55,580 nt of DNA from Girardia tigrina. Lineage: Eukaryota. Under the pieces are notes generated by a model. It made no database searches. It had not been told where the DNA came from and saw nothing but the letters and a program-made list of their open reading frames with translations. The translations under genes and the position numbers were made by a program. Below are positions 40,701-52,700 of the stretch, piece after piece. The stretch is from contig MQRK01254915.1 in the NCBI GenBank assembly GCA_001938485.1, positions 1 to 55,580 on the forward strand, read 5' to 3'. Position 1 is the stretch's first letter. Each line of letters begins with the position of its first letter.

Positions 40701-43700
40701 CTTGTCCATTGTAGTACAGGCTTTGGGTATCCTTCAGCAGTACACAAAACGGAAAATGTGGTACCTGCTCGTTCTCTAACTTCAACTTTGTCTAATCTAA
40801 CTAATGTTGGCACTTAATTGAAATTATTATAATATAAATATGTATAGTTATCTACAAGTTTCAGCTTACTTATAATTTCTAACTCATAATATTTCTTCAC
40901 TAGTCCAACTTCATTGCGAGCCATACAATAAAAAATGCCTCCTTCTTTCGTCACTGATGGTATAGTCAGAACTTTTGCGTTGTTACTTAAAACGTAGTTC
41001 ACCATATCATAAGGAGATATTGGAATATCTTTATGAAACCAAGTAATTACTGGTGTCGGAGATCCTTCGGCCGGGCATTGAAAGTTGACAGAACTTCCTA
41101 GCTGTACCTTTATTATTTCTTTGTATAACAGAAATCCAGGAGGAAATTTCGGAGGAGCTAAATTATAAATAAACATTAAATAAAAATGACGAAAATATTT
41201 AAGCATTAGATGATGCTAACTCATGAAAATTGCTATAGGAGATGTTTTTGATTATTTTTGATCCTCATGAACCATGCTAACATTCGTACAATGTACAGGT
41301 TAAAGATTTCATTTCAAAACATAATTTAATAAAGATTCATATTTAAACAGACAAGTAAATTATGTGTCATGAATGATTAGACACTATAACCCTTTTGGGG
41401 AGACTTATAAAATTAATAATATTAAACTTTATTGCCCATAAACACTTTAAATGTAAATAATAATACTTTTAAAGAGGAAAAAATTTTTAATTTTCAGCAC
41501 AGAATTAAAGGTTAAACTTTTGTTACTGTTAGATAAGACGATACCACTTTTTTTAGATTAACATTTTTGAAATTGGTTCGATCGTTAATTATGTTTTTTA
41601 AATAAAACTTTCTGAGCTGAACCTATTTTGAAATTTACTATATAAATACCCTCATGAAATGTTTTTCGATTTTTGGACGAGCTAATACATTGGTCAGAGG
41701 ATTGGCATTATATGAACAAGTCAAATAGAAACAACTACTGGACGACATCGTTGCAGATGGAAGTGTTTAAGTCAAATAAAATCGTCATCAAATAAGAGAA
41801 AGAAGGCAAAGACAATACAAACTGAGAGATGGATGGAAGATGATTTTAATTAAATCAAAAAATGCGTAAAAATCCAGAATGATGTTGACAATGAAGATCT
41901 GCGAACGATAGTCCCAAGTGACGAGATTATATCTAATGGTGTGATATAATTTGGTTCCTCCCAGCTACCTAGGGACACCCCACCAACGCTACAGTACCGC
42001 AACTACGACAGTGGCGGATTTAGCTATTGGACTGGGGAGGGCATAACGCCCCTCCACGCCCCTATTAGATTCTAAATGGTGCCCCCAAGATGACTTTTAT
42101 AAATGTGTAGTTTTGTGTTCAAGAATTAGCTGCATTATGATTAAGTCTCATCCTTAACACTGACACAAGGTGTGTGATGCAGAAGAACTAAATGGATTGG
42201 TTTGGTATGTACACTGCAACATATTGCTGCTGATGCTTTGTTCCAGGGGACAAGATAGCGGGTAGCGTACAAATCGTGTATATTATAGTATTTACTCAAT
42301 ATTAAAATTAGTAGGGCTAGTACTACTTTTATCCTTTTTGGTGCCCCAAATAAGTTTTCTCGTCCCCCTACACACCAAAATCTAAATCTACCACTGAACT
42401 ACGATCCTGCACACGCTCTGTTAATATACACCAAAATATACAACAAAAATTATTATCACTTTTAAAATCTAATAAGTGAAATCAAATTATCATTAAATAA
42501 TTTAGAATAAATAGCTTATGATTGTAAGAAGTATTCTAAACTTGTTCAATGAATTATTTCTTAATATAGCAAAATCTGAAATGTTTTTGAATATTGTTAA
42601 TGTTCACAAGACTTCATATTTATTTATTTATATTTAGATTCGTTGTTAAAAATCAAAATTATAGTGACTATAAAAGCATTTCATTTACAGAGACACTTAC
42701 TTTATCAAACTTTTATATTTCAATTAAAGCAATCTTCGTTTTACGAAAAAGGTTTGTGGTAACTAAATAAGTTCAAGACTTTAAACATCAAAATCCCTTT
42801 CAATATATAAAGCCCATGCATTTTGATAAAAGTAAGTCTTACATGTAACTGTCAATACAAAACTATAGGAATCTTGACCAGCTAAATTTTTTGCCTCACA
42901 TGTGTAACGACCTGACTCATCTGATTTAGGATTCAAAATGGTTAAACTTTGTCCATTGTTTAAGGTTAAATAATAATCTGTATCTCCGATCAAAATAGGA
43001 CTGTTTTCTTTACTCCATAAAATAACTGGTTTTGTGGCATTGAAATTGTATACGTTACAATGAAATGTAACTGCAACATTTTCCTTTTCACGACGCATTT
43101 CTGCTCCGGAAGTCCGTTTCATTATTCGTGGTGGTACTGAAAAATAAAATAAATATATAATAAATTTAACTTAAAATGTTAAATTATTGATGTTAACAAG
43201 TAATAAATGTATTTACAGAAGGGAACAGAATAAAATAAACTGGATGCATAAAATTATATTCTATAAGTTGAAGAAATTTGTTAGAAGAATACAATAATAT
43301 AAATTAAAATAGTATTATAATAATATTATAGAAAGAGAATTAGTTATTAAGGAGACTGAAAATAAATATGGGTTGATTAAAATATTTCTTAATTAGGAAA
43401 CTGAATTTTATTAAAGAACTTATTTTATTTTTTCGGACATCAAGTTATTGTATTACAAAATATATTGCTTAACGTGCTTGCAAATAACTGTCGAAAAGAT
43501 CAATTTGAAAAATCTTAGAACTCATACGCAATGTTTTTATTGAAGATTATAGCTATACTTTTTCCCACAAGATTTGATCTTTGCTAAAGAGCACCAAGAG
43601 TTTTATCTGAATCCCATGTATCAGATTACCAATAATTCAGATCAGTTTTAGAAAAAAAACATAATTTTCTAAAAGAAATTTACTGAAATTGATTGCCCGC

Positions 43701-46700
43701 TAAGTATTTGTATTCTCAGTATACCTTCTTTATTTTTCCAACTATTTTGTCGAAAAAAGTGATTCTTACAGTCCAAAGTAGTAATATTCCTCGTAAACTT
43801 AGCTGAGAAGGGTATTTGTATCAAGAGCAAGTTCTACTCAAAGCTCATGTAAAAAAGCCAAGAACCTGAAAAAGAAGATCATTGTCCATAACTTGTACTT
43901 TTTTGTCGGTCAGTGTCCTCATCCACATTCGTAAATCATCCAGCATTCCATAAATTGTCTTTGGTTTAATTGAAAACAGCTCAATGAATAAAATTTCATG
44001 TTTTGAAAGAAACTTATCAATATAATGGAAACCGACTACTCTGAATGAAGTTACAAAATTTTCCAAAACAAACTTTCATCTACTTTGTATAACGACTTGA
44101 AGAATACATTAGTTATTTAAAAGAATGTCCGGATTCGCTACCATAATGATTAGATCTTTAAGCTTTCTGGACCATGACAAACATGAATAACAAAAATTAT
44201 TTTCCACATTTTTCTAAACTAAATAATAAAGTTTTTATCTTTAAGTATTATTTAAAATTTTGTCGAAATATTTTCGTTAAACCTGTTCATATATTTAGTT
44301 TTTAATGTCATTGAAAATATTATAGGATAATAAAAATATTATCTTACAAATCACAGAAATTTCAAATTTCTTTTCAATAGTTCCTCCACCGTTGTTAGCC
44401 GTACAGGCGTATAAGTCCGCATCAGAGGCTTGGATATTCGTTATTTGTAAAACAGCATTTCCACGGATTATATCGATATTATAGTACGTTTCCTTATCTA
44501 ATAATATTTCTCTTTCTTGTCTGTACCAAGACACTGTCGGTACAGGATAGCCTGTACATTCACAAGATAATTGAACTGTTGAGTTTTGTACAGCTTCAAT
44601 TTTGGTATACAGCTGACTTTTGTAAAATCTTGGCTTAACTGATTTAAAAAAAAACAGATCATTCAATTTATATTTATATTCCTAAATATTACCATATACA
44701 AGAACTTGAAATGCTAATGTAACTTTTGATACTTCATTTTGAGCATGACATTTGTACTCTCCAGCATCGTACTGTTTAACCTGAAAGACAAAAATTTATT
44801 GTACAAATTTTATTCTCAGGAATATATTATAATATAATTAATAGCAAAAAAACATTACATTTTATATATACTTAATGATTTTTCAAATTTTTGTAAAAAC
44901 TATAAATTATTTTCTCAATTTTTTTGAAAAAAAATATACTAGAAAAGGACTTAGATACAATTAACTTATGAGCTAGATTCTCTTCTAAAATAATAATTAT
45001 GCAAAATAAAAATATAAAAATTATTTAATACAAATTATATTAATTAAAACAGTTCGAACGGAAGGAATAAAAATAAGTGGTTGATAATAATAACAATGAA
45101 AGGAAGAGTGAGTTGAAGAATCAATTAAATATTTCAGTCCCTTTATGAATGATTGTATTACCTTCGAGTAATTGGATTTGAGATCGAACAGAATTGAATA
45201 CGGTACGGACTGCTAACGTAACTAATACATGATAATATGTTTCGGGGCTGGTTAATAATAATTAATAATAATAATTAATAATAATTAATAGTTATTTGAT
45301 TATTCTTGAGTTTGGTTTTGGATGGCAAAACTTCACTGGTTCTAATATTTTCTTTTGATAAAGTATTTTCCGATATAGAGGTCAACAATTTAATAATGAA
45401 GAAAGTGCTGTGAGGGTTCAGAACAAAAATGAAAAAATGTTCTTAAGATTGGAATTTATTACAGTTGTTAAGTTTTAAATTTTCAATTTTTTTATATTTG
45501 TTAATCGATATCCATTTATTATACTTATTTTTATATGGTAATTTATCACATAATATATGGTTTTTCTGGGCTAACTATCTGGAGGTGGCAGCTTAGAATA
45601 CATATCCCATATGGTACTGGTTCAGGGCAATTAAATGATGTCATGAGATATAGAAAAAATAAATGAAATTATGATACACTATATAGATAGAAATATGTTA
45701 GATTAAGATGTAAATACGTATTATCAAAAGAATAAAAGGAATGGGTATCAAGCCTTTTAAATAAAATATACACTGCTTTAATCAGGCCTTTAAAAATATG
45801 TTACCATTATTTATTTATCATTGAGATTTTGCATTCATTAAACAGAATAAAAACTAATGCATTTATAGAGTCACATAAACTTTATCATATTTCAATCTGG
45901 TATTCAAAAAGACTTATTTTATGAAAATTTTTGAAATTGATAGTAAATATCTCACATTTTCTATGGTCATTCTACTGCCATCTGGAGAAATTCTGATATT
46001 TCCACCGTTCGTTAGGGTTGTTCCTTGCTTTTCCCAAGTGATCTTAGCTGGTGGATCGGCAACTCCAAGCAAAGTACATTCCAATGACCTCGTTTGGTTA
46101 GTAAACCAATACACGTCCGGTTGAACATTAGATGTATCAAACTCAGGTGGTGCTAAAAATATTGAAATTCGCTACATTTTTATACAGAAAATTATTACTT
46201 CTGACACGGACACTGTATTCCATTATATCGTATCCAATGGGATTACTGGCGTTACACTGATATAACCCTGAATCAGTTCTTTTTGCATAGTACAGAGTAA
46301 ACATTTGTCTTTCTTGTGATACAGTAAATCGTTTTTTGAAAGACGAATCTCGATTTGTTAACGGATCAATAAAATCGAAGTTATTTCCATCTTTAGAAAA
46401 GGCAATATTAGGTGTTGGAGATCCGCTAGCTGGACATGGCAACCTTAACTCGTCACCAACTTTTACTATATATTCATTGAGAATACGATTTCTATCAATG
46501 CTCGGAGGTGCTGAAACGCATTTTATAAATTGTTTATTAAATGAAATAGATAATGTACAAATTTAGTAATAAATTAGTAAAGTGTGTGGGATTAGCGTGA
46601 ATGTATTTTTTGTTTTCATACAGAAACATATTTTTCAAAACAGAAAACAAATGAAATCGTTCTGAAGGACTTCCTTTGAGTATTGTTTTTATTCTTTTTG

Positions 46701-49700
46701 ACATTTGTTGTCAGATTCATTTAAGTATTACTTAATGAGCCTGATGTTTTTAATTGGATTTGTAGCTGTATCTTTAGGGTCACAAGTAACATGGACTGTA
46801 AAGGCGAACATTTTCGGAGTATTTGGCTCTTTTATTTTCATGAAGGAAATAAAATTGATGATACTCATAACGAAATATATAAAGTTTATTGTGTAGACTG
46901 TATAATTATAAGTAACAAGATCTTTATAATGTTAAATGAAAATATAAAACACTTGAATTAACACAAGTTGTATCTGTTTCTTGCATGTGTTTAACGTTGC
47001 TTTTTTGCAACTATTTTTAAATAATTCTGTAACCAATTTTATTCTTGAGCTATGCAAAATTCACAACTTTATACTTGAGACGAACAATCTACGACATTAT
47101 GTGGTCAGTCAATGTTAACTAAAAATTGTATAATTTGATGTTTTGAAACAAGTTCAATATATTTATTTGCACAATATTATTTAATACTTTATAACTGATT
47201 TTATTGTTCAAGATATTATCCCTGTAATATTATTTTGACCTTTTTTGGTACTTACTATATAATACTGGCTTATCAACACCGGCTTCTGAATTTCAGAATG
47301 AACTCTGAAAGAATAGCTCTTCCTAGTCTGCGCATCGGATAATCACCTACCGGCCAAAGAAGAACCAAGCCAATCCGGGTGAAACGATTTTTCACTAATT
47401 CTAATTCTCGTTAAGGTTTTTTAACTCCTGCATCAGAAAATTGCTAAAGTATATTTCTTTGTTTACATAAATGGTGTTGAGGGATCACAGGAGTCCTAAC
47501 AATCATTTCCTACCAAATGACCCAACCTGACAGTCTGTTCGACGAATCATGGTCGAACAAATGAAACCACTATAATTCTGGTGTTTCTTGTAGAGTTCAT
47601 CTCTGAGATTCTGAGGCCGGGGATTCAAAATAATCAGTATATAGCGATATGCATTAAAACTATGAAAACTTTTAATATATAATAAATATTAGTCCTTGAC
47701 AAGATAAATTCCTTGTTCGATTCCAAGGAATAAAATGTTGTTACTTTAGATTTTCAAAATATTCCCTAATTTTTAGAGATTAAAACAATTGTAATTTTAT
47801 TAATTGTTAAATAACAATTAACCAATCCTAAAAATTTCAATAGTGACTTCAATCCAATAATAATTGACTCAAAGTGTCCAGGAAGCGATATTGTGTCTCA
47901 ACACTAGCCAAAACATAAATGTATCACAAAACTCATCTCATATTTCTACAAAAAATCAACTATCGCTCACTAAGACTATTAACAACATCACAATTTGAAT
48001 GCAAACATTTATTGAAACACAAACAGATTCTTCACAACAATTTTCAGAGGTCATCTTTCTTTGATTGTATTCAAATCTAAAAAAACAATGAATGGGAAAT
48101 TTTTAATATTAATTTTTAATTTCTTAAATTTTATTGGATAAAAAGGCATTACGTAATTTATTAAATGAACATTAATTTTTAAAATATATTAAATTTAATA
48201 AGTTAAAATCGTTTACTAAAAATATTATTAAAATTCATAATTATAAAACTTTAATTAATTAGTACTTAAAATTAATATCATTAGATTCAAATAATTAATC
48301 AAATAACATATCAATCCCATCTGAGTAGAAGAGTCACAAATCTAAACAGCATACAAACAACAAACTTACAACATTCCAAAGTATCCCATTACAAAGACAA
48401 TCTTTTATTCATATAAAACAAAAGATTAAATTGTATCTTTAAGAAATTTTATGATTGTTTATTAGTGTAAAAGGGAAAATGACTTTAACTTTTAAATTTT
48501 AATACTTTAAATGACATAAAAGCCCTATAATTAGTTTGTTGACAAGAAACCATAAAAAAAATCATGAAAGTTTAAAAAAAGATGAAAAATGGTTAGAAAA
48601 TATTTGTTATGATTTGGTTTTGAGTTTTAATATATTTTTAAAAAATCTGTATGAATTTTCCGGACAACCAAATCTTACATTATTTTTTAAAGAATCTATA
48701 ATTTTTTTTAGAAAAGATGTTGCAATCCCTCAATTTCTAACTGGTATTACCAAAAGTGTCATACGATAAATTAAAGTTTTAAATTGAACCTCCAACTGAA
48801 ACGTCCATAAAGATTTCCATTTGACCGAAAGTATTCTTAGCCACACAGCTATATCTTCCAGCATCAGAACCTTGCATAGCGATTATTTCTAACTGTTTAC
48901 CATTTCCAATAATTCTGTATCTATATGATGGCAATCGATTGATTGGAATACCATCCTTTAACCATGAAATTTGTGGTGTTGGGTTTCCTGAAACTAGACA
49001 TTCTAAAACTGTAGTTCCTCCTACTGTTCTTTCAATTTTGTAATATCGTTTGCCTCCAGCATCTAATGTTGGACCATCTAAACATATTTTGTTTAGTTAC
49101 GTTAAAACAATTTATTGAAAACCCACATGTGACTTGTACATCAAACGATCTATCAGTTTGGCCATGAGTATTTTCAGCTGTACACTGATATCTTCCAACA
49201 TCAGATTCAATAGTTGAGTTTATCGTTAAGTGATAACCATCTTCACTCAAGATTACTCGTCTCATATCAATACGAGACCCGTCTTTACTCCATTCAAGCT
49301 TCGGTTTTGGCCGACCTTCCGAGACACAAAATAAGTATAAAACACCACCTAATGCAACTTGATGAACTCCGGGCAAACTGGAAAATTTAATTGATGGAGG
49401 AACTAAATAAAGGTCATCAATTGAAAGACAAATAATTAATTCATACTCATAATATCCACGGTCCATACTTGTTTGTCTACACCCAATTTGTTGGACACCA
49501 GACATTTATATATACCGATATCGGATTCTTGAGCATTAATTAAGCTCAACTGTTAAAAATTATAATTAAGTAAATAAATAAATTATATTTATTTACCTGA
49601 GTTCCTCTGTTTGTAATGTTAATTCTTTGATGATTTCTAATAACTTCTCCATCCTTAAACCATTCTGTTGTCGCTTGTGGTGCAGATTCACTATTGCAAG

Positions 49701-52700
49701 ATAGACGCATTTCTCCTCCCTTTAGTATCCATCGCTTTTTATCAGGATCAGTAGGCATAATTTTAGGGGGGTCTACAAAATGTTTGTTTGAATAAATACA
49801 TGTTTCGGCATGTGTTATTAAAATTTATTATTTTCGATTTTTCAAGAAATTATTCAGAAAAAAATGATTTAAATATTAATTTTCGTTCCAAAAAATCATT
49901 GCCATTGTTTAACTAAAAATCATTTCTCTAATTCAGACTTATACAAACTTCCTTATGTTAGAATTTTAGGGGGCTCACGAATATTAGAATTTTAGTATTT
50001 AAAATCTCTCAAAGGAATTTTAAAAATATTTAAAATATGTCTTCATAAATTAAAACATTGAAAAATTGTAGGGTTGAAAATATTTTTAATTAAAGTATTA
50101 CTCCCTCTGTCCGAAAATAAGAGTCCCATTTCTCTTATGAATTTCCCAATGAAATGGGACTCTTATTTTCGGACAGAGGGAGTAAATTATAATTTTATTA
50201 TTGAAAAATCATTGTAAAAAATGAAAATTTTAAATTAGCAAAAATAATAAATTTTAGTTTAAGATTTTTTTAAAGTAAAAATTTATAATAATAAGTTAGA
50301 AAAGCTAAGTAATGATTTTTTTTTTAAAAAATAAAAGAAATTATAAGTTTAACAATTGAAATGAAAACTTTAATAATTGCAAAATTTCCCATATGAATGT
50401 TTTTAAAATGAATTAAAAGAATTTTAACAAAAAAGAAAGTATAAAATTTTTAAAAAATTATGTTGTAAAATTAATTTTTAAAATTCTCACATTAAAGAAA
50501 TAATAAATTAATTATCCACAATTTAATAAAGTTAGTAAATTTAGGAAAAATGGAAAATTGCCCCCTTTAAAAGATGATGAATATTTGTCTTCGTTATTAT
50601 CGAATTTAATTGAAAATAAAAATATTGATAAAAATTTAGCTAATAGTTTAAAAGCAGTTGGTTCTCAACCAGCTAAACTGTATGGACTTCCAAAAGTTCA
50701 TAAAGATGGCATTCATTTGAATCCCGTATTATCTATGGTAAATACATCTCAATATGAAGTAGCGAAATATCTTGATGGTAAATTAAAGCCACTTCTGAAA
50801 AAGGGTTTTAATTGTTTAGATAGTTTTGAATTTGTTGACTTTATTTCAAATTATAAGATTAGTAACAAAAATGAAATTATGGTTTCTTTTGATGTGGTTA
50901 GTCTTTTCACCAATGTTCCTCTGAGGGAAACGATTGATTTATGTTGCAATCTTTGGAAAGATAATGTTGGTGAACACCATCTTATCGATGAAGTGGCATT
51001 TCGTGAATTGTTATGTTTTGCCACTTCTAATATTCATTTTCTTTTTAATAATGAGTGGTATAAACAGGTTGATGGTGTAGCAATGGGTTCGCCTTTAGCT
51101 CCAACACTGGCTTCAANNNNNNNNNNNNNNNNNNNNNNNNNNNNNNNNNNNNNNNNNNNNNNNNNNNNNNNNNNNNNNNNNNNNNNNNNNNNNNNNNNNT
51201 TTCTTATTTTCGATAATCAAACTGACATAGATCCATTTTTAGGATACTTAAATTCTTTGCATCAAAATATTAAGTTTACAACAGAAACAGAGAATAATGG
51301 TAAATTATCTTTCCTAGATTTACTGTTTGAAAGGAAAAGAGATGTTTATGAGACTGAGATTCACAGAAAGAAAACTGATACTGGGCTATAATGCAACGCC
51401 AAACAGTTTTTGTGAATCTCGATACAAATATAATATGATTAGAGGATTAATTTTTCGATCTTGGTCATTATCATCAACTTATACAAAAAGTTGTGATAGC
51501 ATTAACCAANNNNNNNNNNNNNNNNNNNNNNNNNNNNNNNNNNNNNNNNNNNNNNNNNNNNNNNNNNNNNNNNNNNNNNNNNNNNNNNNNNNNNNNNNNN
51601 NNNNNNNNNNNNNNNNNNNNNNNNNNNNNNNNNNNNNNNNNNNNNNNNNNNNNNNNNNNNNNNNNNNNNNNNNNNNNNNNNNNNNNNNNNNNNNNNNNNN
51701 NNNNNNNNNNNNNNNNNNNNNNNNNNNNNNNNNNNNNNNNNNNNNNNNNNNNNNNNNNNNNNNNNNNNNNNNNNNNNNNNNNNNNNNNNNNNNNNNNNNN
51801 NNNNNNNNNNNNNNNNNNNNNNNNNNNNNNNNNNNNNNNNNNNNNNNNNNNNNNNNNNNNNNNNNNNNNNNNNNNNNNNNNNNNNNNNNNNNNNNNNNNN
51901 NNNNNNNNNNNNNNNNNNNNNNNNNNNNNNNNNNNNNNNNNNNNNNNNNNNNNNNNNNNNNNNNNNNNNNNNNNNNNNNNNNNNNNNNNNNNNNNNNNNT
52001 GAGACCTGACGATGACGGTTATACCGTCGAAATTAATTGTCATAAAAAATAAATTTAACAAATGGCGTGTTTTTGTTTATAAACATAATTTGCCATTATT
52101 TTTTAATTTTTTAAATTAATTATTCGTATTTATATTTCATTATCTTTATATATAAATGGTTTATGAAAAAAAATTAATTTTTAATTTATTTTTAAATGTG
52201 TAAATATAAAATTAATTGATCTTATTCTTATAAAACAATTCAATTACTCTACTATTTATTTTTGTAAAATATTAGAGGTTAACAAAGATTTAAAGGCTGA
52301 CCTTTAAGAAAACCTTCAAACTGAACAGTTCAAAAGCATACAAACCAATTACAGGTTTGAGATAGAATTACCAGCCTCTTTGAGAGACGCACTTAAAATC
52401 TCCAGCTAAAGGATGACAAGACTGATTTCTAAATTTATTTTGTCTTCTGAACTAAATGTACAAATTCTGCTAGGGATATGCAAAATCTTACTACAAGAGA
52501 TTTTTTGTATGTCATATATAAATAATCTAAGAATAAAAAACTTGGGTTGGTAACAAATAGAGCTCGGCACTTATTTTATATGTTAATCCTACAAATAGTT
52601 TAAGGTTCAACACCCTGTACACTGAAGTAGCCTTAGGTATCTTTGAGAATAATAAACAATAACATATGAACTGAAATATGTAATTTATAATTCTTATATA

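Noticed and set aside
41670-41850. Possible LINE 3'-end fragments (RTE-like here, CR1-like at about 52310-52640)
   Set aside because: Too degenerate to support a feature call without a profile search.
51474-52061. Long ORFs across the N-runs
   Set aside because: Artefacts of assembly gaps.
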